This document shows, piece by piece, positions 39,702 through 50,193 of a stretch of DNA of 64,000 nt. Source of the stretch: an uncultured Chloroflexia bacterium (GTDB lineage: Bacteria; Chloroflexota; Dehalococcoidia; DSTF01; JALHUB01). Under the pieces are notes generated by a model, which was given only the letters and a program-made list of their open reading frames with translations, was not told the origin of the DNA and searched no databases. The stretch is taken from contig OY969814.1 in NCBI GenBank assembly GCA_963703345.1, forward strand, positions 672,001 through 736,000. Direction: 5' to 3'. Each line of letters starts with the position of its first letter. Positions within the stretch are counted from its first letter, which is position 1. Both the position numbers and the translations under genes were made by a program.

Positions 39702-40793
39702 CTAGCGGTCGCGCTGCCTTCTGCGAATCGAGACCGTCAGGATTCCCGCCGCTCCTGCCAGAGCACCTGCAGCGGCGAAATAAGTCCAGACTCCCGGACC
39801 GTCGCCGTCGCCCCCTGACCCCGTTGCCGGCGCTATCAGGTTGGCCCCTACCGCGCCCGCAGGCGTCGAGGTCGGAGCAACCACCACAACCGTCGTCGGC
39901 GCCTGTGTCATCGTCGGCGTCGCCGGTTTTGGCGTAGGTGTACTCGTCTTGCGGTGGTGTATCGTCGGCACCGGCGTGATCGTTGCCGTTGACGTCGGGC
40001 AGATTCCGCCGGGGCAAGGCGTGGCCGTCGAAGTCGGCGTCCGGGTAGCCGTCGGCGTGTTCGTGGGCGTCTCCGTCGGCGTGTTCGTAGGCGTCGCCGT
40101 CGGTGTATTCGTAGGCGTCTCCGTTGGCGTGTTCGTAGGCGTCGCCGTCGGCGTGTTCGTAGGCGTCTCCGTTGGCGTGTTCGTCGGCGTATCCGTAGGC
40201 GTCTCCGTTGGCGTGTTGGTCGCCGTCGCGGTGGGCGTGTCCGTATCTACGAGGCCGGTCCCCGTTCCGCCCGACGTGGTGTACTCTATGTCCACAGCGT
40301 CCGCATCCGTCAACTCATTCACAACGGGCGTCAGATCGCTGATTCCGGCTCCGACTACTTGGAAAGTGATATCGGCCAGCGCTACGTCCCCTGTGGGGCC
40401 GGTCAGAACCGTGGTGAATCCGGTGACCCTGACCGAATCGGGATTGACGTTATCAGCCTCGAAAGTGGGGTTGCAGACGACGGCAAAGTTCGCGATGTCG
40501 GTTGGGTTCGTGGTGCAAGGATCTATCGCATCCAGGATGGACGGATCGTATTGGACGTCGATATTGAAGGTGCCGACGCCGGGGCTGGCTACGTTCTCGA
40601 CACTGAGGCGCACCACGAAGGTGTCGCCCACCTCTGCCGAGCCGGAGGCGACGTGCACCTCAGTCCCGGTCCCGTCCAGCGTCGCTTCGCTACTGGCGGC
40701 GAAGAGGGGGACAGCCACCGCCAATCCTAGCGCGAGGACTCCTAATCCCGCCAGGAGCCAGATGCCTCGAATCCCTTTAAGCCGATCGTTCAC
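39702..40793 (-). CDS. Sortase-substrate cohesin protein (APATGSG, TM, basic tail)
   Basis: [16 protein letters not shown]...[10 protein letters not shown]; TPTNTPTE/A repeats at about 40020-40245; [11 protein letters not shown]; TM; RRRQRDR. Confidence 0.8.
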   Translation of the reverse strand: MNDRLKGIRGIWLLAGLGVLALGLAVAVPLFAASSEATLDGTGTEVHVASGSAEVGDTFVVRLSVENVASPGVGTFNIDVQYDPSILDAIDPCTTNPTDIANFAVVCNPTFEADNVNPDSVRVTGFTTVLTGPTGDVALADITFQVVGAGISDLTPVVNELTDADAVDIEYTTSGGTGTGLVDTDTPTATATNTPTETPTDTPTNTPTETPTNTPTATPTNTPTETPTNTPTATPTNTPTETPTNTPTATRTPTSTATPCPGGICPTSTATITPVPTIHHRKTSTPTPKPATPTMTQAPTTVVVVAPTSTPAGAVGANLIAPATGSGGDGDGPGVWTYFAAAGALAGAAGILTVSIRRRQRDR

Positions 40794-41069
40794 TGTATCA
40801 TCTCCTTCCGATCCAGTGGGCCGTCAAATTGGCCATCCCTGGCAGGTCAAACAGCAATTTGGCGCTGCCAGTCGCCGGTCCTTGACCGATCGTTTCTCCC
40901 TTATTGGCTATTGACTTTTGAATCTCTGAGACACGGCGATCTGCTCGCCGCGAAAGCTCCATTAGGTGTTTATCATATCGAGGGGGCTAGTGCAAGTAGT
41001 CGCCCGTGCCAACTGGCGCATGGGCAAGAGGACCCGTTGAGAGGACCACTCGAAGCTCTCGTGGCAGAC

Positions 41070-41555
41070 CTATACGCCGGCGTCATCTTCCGGCTCTTCG
41101 TCCGCCTCCTGCCAGTCGCCCGGCTTTGCCTCCCAGACCGACTTGTAGTTCTCGCCGACGAGCGCCCGCCGGATCTCTTCCTTCTCCAGCGCCAGCAGCT
41201 CCTCGTAGCACGCCTCGCATTCCCGCACGGTGTCCGGGAAGCCCAGGTTCACGAGACGCCCCACCACATGCTGCCACATCCCCAGGATCACCAGGCTCGC
41301 CACGTACTTGGGCCAGGGGATGAGCGTCAGGCTGTCCGGCTTGGGGAAGCGCGGCCGCAGGCGTCGCAGGGAGCGAAAGCGTTCCTCCGGCGTGGCCACC
41401 ATGTCGACGATCTTGACCATCGGCGGATCGACCGCGTTGGAGCGGGCGTCGACGATGAGCGTCTTGCGGAGCAGCGGGAAGTACAGCGCGACGACCTCCG
41501 CCGTATCCAGGGAGTTCGCCATCTCCGCCAGGTCTATCTGAAAGTCGAAGTCCAC
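41070..41555 (-). CDS. Hypothetical protein
   Basis: Directly downstream of tyrS with an AGGTGG RBS; protein-like composition; acidic tail. Confidence 0.65.
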   Translation of the reverse strand: MDFDFQIDLAEMANSLDTAEVVALYFPLLRKTLIVDARSNAVDPPMVKIVDMVATPEERFRSLRRLRPRFPKPDSLTLIPWPKYVASLVILGMWQHVVGRLVNLGFPDTVRECEACYEELLALEKEEIRRALVGENYKSVWEAKPGDWQEADEEPEDDAGV

Positions 41556-41563
41556 GCCGCCAC

Positions 41564-42862
41564 CTAGCCGTGCTTGTCCGAGTCCACGATCCGCACGAAC
41601 CGGTGCTTGCCGACTCGGATCACCGACCCCTCGCGAAGCGATACGTCGAAGCTGCTGATCGCCTGCCCGTCCACGTCGATAGCCCCCTGCTGAAGCAGCC
41701 GCCGTCCTTCCGCCTTGCTGGGCACGGCCCCGACTGCCAACAGCGTTTCCAGCAGACCGAGTCGTCTGACTTGATCCACGCGAGCTGTGTTCGTGATCGA
41801 CATCGATAGCGATCCCGTCATCCCTAACGAGCCCCCAACGCGAGTCTGCACCTTCTTCCCAAGCGATCCTTCAACCCGAACGACTCCGCGCTGGAAAGTC
41901 CGCTCGAACGCCTCCTCCGCCTTCTGCGCCGCTTCCGCCCCGTGCAGCTCCGTCACGATCTCGCGCGCCAGCCGCTTCTTCACCTCCATCGGGTTCACCG
42001 ACCGCTCCGCCAGCTTCCGCCGCATCTCCTCGATCTCCTCTTGAGGTGTGTCCGTCACCTGCGTGAAGTAATCGAGCATAGCGCCGTCCGGCAGCGACAT
42101 CACTTTGCCGTACATCTCCTCCGGCGGCTCGTTCAGCGCTATGTAGTTGCCCTGTGTCTTCGACATCCGCAGATGCCCGTCCGTCCCGACGAGAATCGGC
42201 ATGCAAATGGCGATCTGTGGCCGCTGCCCGTAGGCCCGCTGCAACGTCCGTCCGGCCATGAGGTTGAAGAGCTGCTCCGTCGCGCCTATCTGCGCATCCG
42301 TCTCGAGGGCGACCGCGTCGTAGGCCTGCATGAAAGCGTAGAAGAACTCGTGCACGTAGATCGGCTCGCTGCGCTCCCGTCGCACGGCGAAGTTGTCGCG
42401 CTGGAGGAACTGCCCGACGGTGAAATGGGAGGCGATCTTGATCAGCTCTTCGAAGGTGAGCTTGCTCAACCACTCGGCGTTGTTGCGGATGACCGTTCGC
42501 TCCGGGTCGAGCACCTTGAACGCCTGGTCCGTATACGTGCGCGCGTTCGCCTCGATCTCCTCGCGCGTCAGCATCGGCCGCGTCGACTCCTTGTCGCTGG
42601 GGTCGCCGACCAGCGCGGTGAAGCCGCCGATCAGCAGTATCGTCTCGTGGCCGAGGCGCTGGAACTGGCGCAGCTTCCGCATCGGCACAGTGTGGCCGAG
42701 CGTCAGGTCCGGCGCCGTCGGGTCGATTCCCAGATAGACACGCAGAGGCCGTCCCTCCGCCAGCCGCTCCCGCAGGTCGCTCTCCATGGCGCGCGCCACG
42801 CCCTCGTCGCCGTAGACGACGCCGCGCATCAGAAGCTGCACCTGCTCATCAATCGATGGCAT
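41564..42862 (-). CDS. tyrS: Tyrosine--tRNA ligase
   Basis: YLGIDPTAPDLTLGH; QAYDAV; RMSKT; C-terminal S4 domain (SKAEGRRLLQQGAI, VIRVGK). Confidence 0.95.
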   Translation of the reverse strand: MPSIDEQVQLLMRGVVYGDEGVARAMESDLRERLAEGRPLRVYLGIDPTAPDLTLGHTVPMRKLRQFQRLGHETILLIGGFTALVGDPSDKESTRPMLTREEIEANARTYTDQAFKVLDPERTVIRNNAEWLSKLTFEELIKIASHFTVGQFLQRDNFAVRRERSEPIYVHEFFYAFMQAYDAVALETDAQIGATEQLFNLMAGRTLQRAYGQRPQIAICMPILVGTDGHLRMSKTQGNYIALNEPPEEMYGKVMSLPDGAMLDYFTQVTDTPQEEIEEMRRKLAERSVNPMEVKKRLAREIVTELHGAEAAQKAEEAFERTFQRGVVRVEGSLGKKVQTRVGGSLGMTGSLSMSITNTARVDQVRRLGLLETLLAVGAVPSKAEGRRLLQQGAIDVDGQAISSFDVSLREGSVIRVGKHRFVRIVDSDKHG

Positions 42863-42874
42863 GAAATCTCGCGA

Positions 42875-43834
42875 TCAGGCGGGGCTTTCAGCGACGGCTT
42901 CTGGCGTACGCTCGAAGTACTGCCGCGCTGCCTCGACGTCCTTGCCGATCTGCTCGATCAGGGCGTCCGCCCCGGCGAAGCGCTCCTCGCCGCGCAGCCG
43001 CTTCAGCACGTCGACCCGTAGCTCTCGTCCGTAGAGGTCCCCGCCGAAGTCCATTATATGCACCTCGACCGTACGTTCACCATCTTCGAACGTCGGCCGC
43101 CGCCCGATGTTCGTGACCGACTGGTAGCTCTTGCCCTTCACCGAAGCCCGCGTGACGTAGACGCCGAACGGCGGCAGCGCCAGCCCGGAGCCGATAGCGA
43201 TGTTCGCCGTTGGAAAGCCGATGACCCGCCCTCTTTCGACGCCTCTGACGACGGGCCCGGCAAGCGAGAACGGCCGCCCCAGCAGCCGGTTCACCGTCGC
43301 GATCTCCCCCGCTTCCAGTGCGTCGCGAATGGCGGACGAGCTAACGACCAGCCCGTCTTCAACCAGCGGCCCCACCGACTCGACTTCGAAGCCTGCTTCC
43401 GCGCCGAGACGTTGCAGCGCTTCGCCGCCGCCCTCGCGACCGCGCCCCAGCGCAAAGTCCGGCCCGGCGAGGAGGAAGCGCATGCGCAGCCTCTCTTGCA
43501 GCGCCGCCAGAAAGTCGGCCGCGGAAAGGCGTGCCACCTCCGCCGTGAACGTCAGCGGCAGCACGAAGTCGACGCCGCTTGTTCGCAGCAGGCGCACTCT
43601 CTCCTCCAGGCTCGTCAGGTAGGCGATATCCGCCGTCGGGTTTAGGACGAGCGCCGGATGCGGATGCAGCGTGATGACGCCCGTCGCCAGGCCGCGCGCC
43701 GTCGCCCGTTCTCGCAGTATGTGCAGCAAGTACAGATGGCCGCGGTGCACGCCGTCGAAGACGCCCACGGTCAGAGCCGTGTCCCTGGCGAGACCATCGA
43801 CGTGCAGCTCCCCCAGCGGCGCGGCGGCCATCAT
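42875..43834 (-). CDS. ribF: Bifunctional riboflavin kinase/FAD synthetase
   Basis: GVFDGVHRGH; VSSSAIR; RGRVIGFPTAN; GRRPTF; VEVH. Confidence 0.95.
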   Translation of the reverse strand: MMAAAPLGELHVDGLARDTALTVGVFDGVHRGHLYLLHILRERATARGLATGVITLHPHPALVLNPTADIAYLTSLEERVRLLRTSGVDFVLPLTFTAEVARLSAADFLAALQERLRMRFLLAGPDFALGRGREGGGEALQRLGAEAGFEVESVGPLVEDGLVVSSSAIRDALEAGEIATVNRLLGRPFSLAGPVVRGVERGRVIGFPTANIAIGSGLALPPFGVYVTRASVKGKSYQSVTNIGRRPTFEDGERTVEVHIMDFGGDLYGRELRVDVLKRLRGEERFAGADALIEQIGKDVEAARQYFERTPEAVAESPA

Positions 43835-45045
43835 GATTTCTTCGTCCGCCCGCGCTTTGGTTTCACCGGCAGAGCCGCCGGTGCCGCACGCGGCTTGGCC
43901 TCAGGCGTCCGCCCCCGCTTTGCTTTCACCGGCAGAGCCGCCCGCGCCGCACTCGGCTTGGCCTCAGGCGTCCGCCCTCGCTTTGCTTTCACCGGCGGAG
44001 CCGCACGGGCGGCAGGCTGCTTGGCCTCAGGCGCCCGTCTGCGCCACGCTTTCACCGGCAGGGCCGCCGGCGCCGCGCGCAGGTTGGCCTCCGGCGTCTG
44101 GGGCGGTATCGAGCAGCCCGCGGCGAGGAGAAAGCGCTTGCCGCCGGTCTCCGCCAGCGCCTCCGCGACTTCGGCGGTCACCCGTTCGGGCGTCCCCGCG
44201 CTGACTGTCGCCACCGCAACGCCGCCCATGACCGCCCGCTTCGTCTTCGCCAGGATGTCGCGCAAACTCGGGTTCTCGCCATCGCGGTTCGCCCAGTTGA
44301 AGGCGTGGACCGGGTAGTCGAGCATCGATTCGAGCATATTGTGCTTGCGGCAGACGTGAAGGATGTTGAACTCCGCGGCGGCGACGGCTTCCAGGACTCG
44401 CAGGTCGTACGGTCGCCCGAACTCCCCGTACTGCTCCGCCGTCGCCACGTCGTACGTCCCCCAGTCGACGGTCGCGAAGAAGATGCCGTCGGCGCCCGCT
44501 TCCAGGCAGGCGGCCGCGTAGGTCGCCAGCGTCTGCGCAACGGCGGCCAGCGCGCGATGCAGAGCTTCGCCGTGCTCGCGCATGTGGCGTCGTACGGCCG
44601 CGAAATCGCCGTTCGCCAGCCGGCCGATGACGGACAGGGGCGAAAAGACCGTCTGCACGAACGGCGCTTCGCCGGCAAGCCCTTCGCCGATGAGTCGCAG
44701 CGCTTCGAGTTGTTCCCCAAACGGCCCCGCGCGGGCATCCAGCGGAGCCAGCCTGTCGAGGTCGCGCGCCGACTTAAGGACGTAGTCGACGTTCAGGGGC
44801 CCGTGCAGGGCGTCGCCGGAAGGACGGTAGTGGTTGCCCCACGCCTCGGCGTAGTAGGTGGCGCGCGGGTTGACTTTGACGAAATCCCAGTCGTAGCGCC
44901 GGAAGCGGTCCAGCGTCGCCTCAGCCAGCCCGGCGGGCGTCCACTCCCGCAGGTAGTCGTGGCCCCAGAAAGAGACAGGCGGCCGGTCGACGGCGCTGCC
45001 CGCGAGCGCGGCCTTCACCCTCTCCCGCCTGGTCATCTTCGCCAT
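43831..45045 (-). CDS. Uroporphyrinogen decarboxylase / MtaA-like TIM-barrel protein with a basic repetitive tail
   Basis: MTRRERV..AL.G..VDRPPVSFW; TVFSPL; LEAGADGIFF; ILHVC; FLLAAGCSIP; start placed at ATG 45045. Confidence 0.8.
   Translation of the reverse strand: MAKMTRRERVKAALAGSAVDRPPVSFWGHDYLREWTPAGLAEATLDRFRRYDWDFVKVNPRATYYAEAWGNHYRPSGDALHGPLNVDYVLKSARDLDRLAPLDARAGPFGEQLEALRLIGEGLAGEAPFVQTVFSPLSVIGRLANGDFAAVRRHMREHGEALHRALAAVAQTLATYAAACLEAGADGIFFATVDWGTYDVATAEQYGEFGRPYDLRVLEAVAAAEFNILHVCRKHNMLESMLDYPVHAFNWANRDGENPSLRDILAKTKRAVMGGVAVATVSAGTPERVTAEVAEALAETGGKRFLLAAGCSIPPQTPEANLRAAPAALPVKAWRRRAPEAKQPAARAAPPVKAKRGRTPEAKPSAARAALPVKAKRGRTPEAKPRAAPAALPVKPKRGRTKKS
43850..44100 (-). repeat. 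Coding 63-bp (21-aa) tandem repeat, 4 copies
   Basis: ttcaccggc recurs at 43862, 43925, 43988 and 44051; encodes PEAKP.AA.AALPVKAKRGRT-like units. Confidence 0.9.
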
Positions 45046-45419
45046 CTCGATTGCCCCGCGGAAGGCGACGACTTGTTTCAGCGGCAAAATAAGGAGGGGA
45101 ATTCCCCTCCCTGCCTGCGCCTTCTGCAGGCATGATACTAGCATCAGCCCTAAAGGCGATCAAGGCGGCGCGCCGGGCCGGCCCCCGACTGTCCGGCTTG
45201 AAGAGTCGCCTCGCGCTACATCTGGCCGCGCCAGGCGCCTGTCTCGTGTCCTCGCCGAATCCACGGCCACCGCACGTCGCAGCCGCCCGTTTTGCTAAGA
45301 CGACTACTCCCTTTCCCCCTCCATCTTGTCGCATGAAGTCTTCACGAATAACTACTCCAACATCACGCTGCCGCCACGATTGCCGCCTATCGTAAGTATA
45401 TGTCGCAGAGGTCGGCGGA

Positions 45420-45848
45420 ATGATGAGAATGTGTTATGAAAAGATAAGGCACCGGAAAGTGCTCGTAGTCGAAGACGACTGCGCGGTGAACAAAGTACTC
45501 TGTCTGTCGCTGAAATACGGCGGTTTCGAAACGGCGCAGGCCGAATCGGGCGGCGAGGCGCTGCGGAAGCTCGACTCCGACGGCTTCGACGCCGTCATCC
45601 TTGACCTGTGCCTTCCTGACGGCCTCGGCGGCGACGTCCTCCACCGTCTGCAAGCGACGGGCAGTCCCGTCTGGATCGCCATGTCCGCCCTCGACGAAGA
45701 CGAAGCCGCCAGGCGCTACGGCCCGCTGCAGGGGCCCTTCCTCGCCAAGCCGTTCAATCCCTGGGACCTGATAGGCCTTCTCGACAGCCTTCTCGCCAAC
45801 GACGTCGAGGACCGAAGGAACATGCGGGAACGCCGCATCGCCTCCTGA
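45420..45848 (+). CDS. Single-domain response regulator
   Basis: VLVVEDD; DAVILDL; KPF. Confidence 0.85.
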   Translation: MMRMCYEKIRHRKVLVVEDDCAVNKVLCLSLKYGGFETAQAESGGEALRKLDSDGFDAVILDLCLPDGLGGDVLHRLQATGSPVWIAMSALDEDEAARRYGPLQGPFLAKPFNPWDLIGLLDSLLANDVEDRRNMRERRIAS

Positions 45849-45969
45849 GCCGCGGCTTTCACGTTTTCTTTACGGCCGAGCGCGAGCACTTCACATCATC
45901 TACACGCCCGTTGTCTACATTGAGATGTGAAGTTCCCGACGTCACACTAGTCCGAATGGGAGGCGGTCG

Positions 45970-46311
45970 GTGCTGAATGCGCGGGTACATGAACGGACGG
46001 AGATCGCCAAGAGCCGCGGCAGGCCTCATGCGTATTCGCCGGCGGACTGTATGCCGCTGACTGTCTTGCTCGGAAAGTACACCGAGCGCGTCAGGCGCTC
46101 GAAGGGCAAGACGCAGGCCCAGATCGCCCGCGATTCCTGGTTGGGCGATAGCTACGTGTCGCGACTGCTTTCCGGCGAACGGCTCAACCCTAGTCGCGAC
46201 GCTCTTGTCCTGCTCGGCTGCTGGGGCCTCGAGCTCAGCGTCGACGAGATGGACGAGCTGCTTATCGCCGCCGAATACAAGCCGCTGGTCTTGCCGGCGA
46301 CCATTCGCTAG
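45970..46311 (+). CDS. XRE-family HTH protein
   Basis: KGKTQAQIA...SYVSRLLSGERLNPSRD; true start may be ATG 46051. Confidence 0.75.
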   Translation: MLNARVHERTEIAKSRGRPHAYSPADCMPLTVLLGKYTERVRRSKGKTQAQIARDSWLGDSYVSRLLSGERLNPSRDALVLLGCWGLELSVDEMDELLIAAEYKPLVLPATIR

Positions 46312-46564
46312 GTGAGGGGTCATACTCCAGGCTGAGGAGCAGCCAGAACAAGAAGAGGGAATGAGGCGAGCAAGCTGACCCGGGCGACAGGGAGGTCGCG
46401 GCTCGGCGCCGAGGGAAAGGAAAGCCGGTGGCGTCGGTAGGGTCTACGGCGGTTCGTCTTTGGAAATGGTGGGGAGGTCGAGAGGTGGTTTTCTCTCGGC
46501 CTTCTCGTTTCCGTCCTCAAAGGCGCCCATCACGACGCGGGGACGGCAAGAAAGGGGGGCCGCC

Positions 46565-47383
46565 ATGCCCCGATCGATTTGGAGCGGTGTCATCAGCTTC
46601 GGGATGGTCAGCATCCCGGTCAACCTGTACACCGCGACTCAGGAAAAAGACATAGCCTTCCACCTGCTGCACGAAAGCTGCGGCAACCGACTCAAGCAAT
46701 TGCGCTGGTGCCCCCTGCACGAACGCGAAGTCGAGTGGGACGAAGTCGCCCGCGGCTACGAATACGCTAAGGACCAGTACGTCCTCCTGACCGACGAAGA
46801 CTTCGAGAAGCTCCCCCTGCCCAGCAAGCGCACCATCGGCCTCTCCGCCTTCGTCCGCAGCCAGGAGATCGACCCGATCTACTACGACAAGAGCTACTAC
46901 CTCGAACCGCGAGAAGGAGGGCTCAAGGCCTTCGCGCTGCTCATGCGCGTCCTCCAGGAGAAGGCGCTCGTGGGCATAGCGAAGATCGCCATCCGCAACA
47001 AGGAGCAGCTTTGCGCCCTGCGACCGCAAGGCCACGGGCTCGTCCTCGAGACGCTCTACTACCCCGATGAAATACGCGCCGAAACAGGCGTCGACGCGGA
47101 CAGCGTCGACGTCTCCCAGCGCGAAATCGAGCTTGCCATGACCCTGGTCGGCGCCCTCTCCGAAAGCTTCAAGCCGGAGCAGTACCACGATGATTACCGC
47201 CGGGCGCTGATGGAGCTCATCGAGGCCAAGCGAAAGGGCCAGGAGGTCGTAGCGCCCGCGCCGCCGCCCGGCAAGGTCATCGACCTGATGGCCGCCCTCC
47301 GCGAAAGCGTTGAAGCCGCGAAGAAGCAGAAGCCCGCGCCAATACGCGACCGCGACGAGCGCGAACGCCGCAAGGCCGGCTAG
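46565..47383 (+). CDS. ku: NHEJ Ku protein
   Basis: MPRSIWSGVISFGMVSIPVNLY; IDPIYYDKSYYL; VIDLMAALRES. Confidence 0.95.
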   Translation: MPRSIWSGVISFGMVSIPVNLYTATQEKDIAFHLLHESCGNRLKQLRWCPLHEREVEWDEVARGYEYAKDQYVLLTDEDFEKLPLPSKRTIGLSAFVRSQEIDPIYYDKSYYLEPREGGLKAFALLMRVLQEKALVGIAKIAIRNKEQLCALRPQGHGLVLETLYYPDEIRAETGVDADSVDVSQREIELAMTLVGALSESFKPEQYHDDYRRALMELIEAKRKGQEVVAPAPPPGKVIDLMAALRESVEAAKKQKPAPIRDRDERERRKAG

Positions 47384-47385
47384 CG

Positions 47386-50160
47386 ATGCCGCAAACGAAG
47401 GTCAACGCCGGACTCGACGAATACGCTAGCAAGCGCCGTCTGAAGCGGACCGCCGAGCCGCCGCCGGAGCGCAAACCGGCCGGCTCCGGGCTGCTTCGCT
47501 TCGTCGTCCACAAGCACGCCGCCGGCCGCCTGCACTACGACTTGCGACTGGAGGCGGAAGGCGTCCTCAAGTCCTGGGCCGTGCCGAAAGGCCCGTCGCT
47601 GGACCCGAGCGAGAAGCGGCTCGCCGTCATGGTCGAAGACCATCCCATCGACTACGCCGCCTTCGAAGGTGTCATCCCGGAAGGAGAATACGGCGCCGGC
47701 GAAGTCATCGTCTGGGACCGCGGCAGCTACGCCCCCGAAGAGGACGGCCACCGCGCCTTCGACCGCCGCCAGGCGGAGCGAATCGTCCGGGAGGGCCTCG
47801 CCCGTGGGAAGCTTGGCTTCTACCTCAGCGGCGAGAAGCTGAAAGGTTCCTGGGCCCTCGTCAAGTCGAGCCGCGGCCAGAAGGACTGGCTCCTCATAAA
47901 GCACCGCGACGATACCCCCGTCCGCAACGTCCTGAGCGAAGGGCGCTCCGTCCTCTCCGGCCTGACCATCGAAGACCTGAAGGCGGGTGGCCGGCCCGAG
48001 CCGGCGGCGCAGCGACCCGACGCGGAAGGCCCGCAGTCCCTGCCGCAGGCCCGCAAAGCTCCCTTCCCGCGCACGCTCGCGCCGATGCTGGCCACGCTCG
48101 CCAGAGCGCCGTTCTCGCACCCGGACTGGCTCTTCGAGCCGAAGCTGGACGGCCTGCGGGCCATCGCCTTCCTGCGCGACGGCAAGGTCAGGCTCCTCTC
48201 GCGCGGCGGCAGGGACGCCACGAAAGGCTACCCCTCGCTCGCAGCGGAGCTCACCGAGCAGCCCGCCCTTGAGGCAGTCTTCGACGGCGAAATCATCGCT
48301 CCCGACGAGCAAGGACGCCCTTCCTTCCAGCGCCTCCAGCAGCGAATGAACCTCCAGAACGAGGAGGACATTCGCCGCGCCGATTCCCAGGTGCCCGTCC
48401 TCTACTACGTCTTCGATATCCTCTACCTGGACGGCTACGACCTGCTCGCCGTCCCCCTCGAGGCGCGCCGCCGCCAGCTAGAGCGCGCACTCGTCCCGGG
48501 CCGGCGCGTCCGGCTCATCGAGCAGTTCCAGCAAGAGGGAGAGACGGCCTTCCAGGTCGCCGTCGAGCACGGCCTGGAAGGCGTAATGGCCAAGAAACGC
48601 GACAGCGCCTACCGTCCCGGCGAACGCTCCCACGTCTGGCTCAAGGTCAAGGCGACCCTCAGCGACGAGTTCGTAGTCGGCGGCTACACGCGCGGCACCG
48701 GCGCCCGCGCCCTTACCTTCGGTTCCCTCCTCCTCGGCCAGTACGATGGCCAGGGGAAGCTCCGCTATGCCGGCAACGTCGGCAGCGGCTTCGACGACCG
48801 CCTGCTGGAGGAACTGCTGGCGCGCCTGGACAAGCTGCGCGCAAGCCGCTCCCCCTTCACCGGCGAAGTCAACGACCGTGGACGCGAAGCGACCTGGGTG
48901 AAGCCGGAGCTCGTGGCGGAAGTGAAGTTCGCGCAGTGGACCGACGACGGCAGGCTCCGCGCGCCCGTCTTCCTGCGCCTCCGCGAAGACAAGCCGAAAG
49001 AGGAGGTCGAGCGCGTCGACGTCGTGGACGCGCCTTCGGGCGGCGGCACAGGCGACCCGACGCCGGCGCGGCCCGTCGTAGACCAGCGCGACGTGGAAGC
49101 GGTGCTCGACCAGCTATCCTCGGCGAAGAGGAAGCTCACGCTCAAGGTGCAGGGCCACCAGATAACGCTCAACAACCTCGACAAGCCCCTCTGGCCAGCC
49201 TTCGGCAAGCGGCGCGCTCTCACCAAGCTGGACCTCCTCGTCTACCTGACGAAGGCCTCGCCCTGCCTGCTGCCGCATTTGAAAGACCGTCCGCTTACCC
49301 TCAAACGCTATCCCAACGGCATCGACGGCGAGAGCTTCTTCCAGAAACACTATGAAAACGGCGCGCCGCCCTTCGTTGAGAAAGTCCTGCTCTTCTCCGA
49401 CACGGAAGGCGACCAGGAGTATCTGCTCTGCAACAACCTGCCGACGCTCCTCTGGCTCGGGCAGATCGCCGACATCGAGCTCCATACCTGGTACTCCCGC
49501 ACCAGCCCGGAGCCCGACGGCACGCATCTGACGACCGATTTCAGCGGCTCGTTCGATAACATTCTGGGTTCCACGCTCAACTACCCGGACTTCATCGTCT
49601 TCGACCTCGACCCGTATCTCTACTCGGGCCAAGAGCAAGAGGGAGCGGAGCCGGAGCTGAACCGGGCCGCCTTCGCAAAGACGCGCGAAGTCGCCGGCTG
49701 GCTCCGCGAAGCGCTGGCCTCGCTTTCGTTGCCGGCCTTCATCAAGACTTCCGGTCGCACCGGCCTGCATGTCTACGTGCCCATCCAGCGCCGCTTCACC
49801 TTCGACGAAGTGCGCGCCGCGGCGGGCAGCATCGGCCGCTACTTGATGCAGCAGCACCCGAACGACATCACGATGGAGTGGTCGGTGAGCAAGCGGAAGG
49901 GGAAGGTCTTCTTCGACCACAACCAGAACTCGCGCGGCAAAACCCTCGCCTCCGCCTATTCGCCGCGGCCCTCGCCGGAAGCAAGCGTCTCCGTGCCGCT
50001 CTTGTGGGAAGAGCTCTCTCACGTCTATCCCACCGACTTTACGATTCTCAACGTCCCGGACCGCCTGGCGTCGATGGGCGACCCGTGGCAGGGGATCCTA
50101 TCGGCTAAGCACGACCTCGGCAGCCTGCTGTCGAAAGGACCGGAGGCCGCCGCCCAATGA
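47386..50160 (+). CDS. ligD: DNA ligase D (phosphoesterase-ligase-polymerase)
   Basis: HAAGRLHYDLRLE; EPKLDGLR; EGVMAK; RYPNGIDG; VFDLDP; KTSGRTGLH. Confidence 0.95.
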   Translation: MPQTKVNAGLDEYASKRRLKRTAEPPPERKPAGSGLLRFVVHKHAAGRLHYDLRLEAEGVLKSWAVPKGPSLDPSEKRLAVMVEDHPIDYAAFEGVIPEGEYGAGEVIVWDRGSYAPEEDGHRAFDRRQAERIVREGLARGKLGFYLSGEKLKGSWALVKSSRGQKDWLLIKHRDDTPVRNVLSEGRSVLSGLTIEDLKAGGRPEPAAQRPDAEGPQSLPQARKAPFPRTLAPMLATLARAPFSHPDWLFEPKLDGLRAIAFLRDGKVRLLSRGGRDATKGYPSLAAELTEQPALEAVFDGEIIAPDEQGRPSFQRLQQRMNLQNEEDIRRADSQVPVLYYVFDILYLDGYDLLAVPLEARRRQLERALVPGRRVRLIEQFQQEGETAFQVAVEHGLEGVMAKKRDSAYRPGERSHVWLKVKATLSDEFVVGGYTRGTGARALTFGSLLLGQYDGQGKLRYAGNVGSGFDDRLLEELLARLDKLRASRSPFTGEVNDRGREATWVKPELVAEVKFAQWTDDGRLRAPVFLRLREDKPKEEVERVDVVDAPSGGGTGDPTPARPVVDQRDVEAVLDQLSSAKRKLTLKVQGHQITLNNLDKPLWPAFGKRRALTKLDLLVYLTKASPCLLPHLKDRPLTLKRYPNGIDGESFFQKHYENGAPPFVEKVLLFSDTEGDQEYLLCNNLPTLLWLGQIADIELHTWYSRTSPEPDGTHLTTDFSGSFDNILGSTLNYPDFIVFDLDPYLYSGQEQEGAEPELNRAAFAKTREVAGWLREALASLSLPAFIKTSGRTGLHVYVPIQRRFTFDEVRAAAGSIGRYLMQQHPNDITMEWSVSKRKGKVFFDHNQNSRGKTLASAYSPRPSPEASVSVPLLWEELSHVYPTDFTILNVPDRLASMGDPWQGILSAKHDLGSLLSKGPEAAAQ

Positions 50161-50193
50161 GGAGACAACAAGTAGCCACCAAGGGAGGACACA

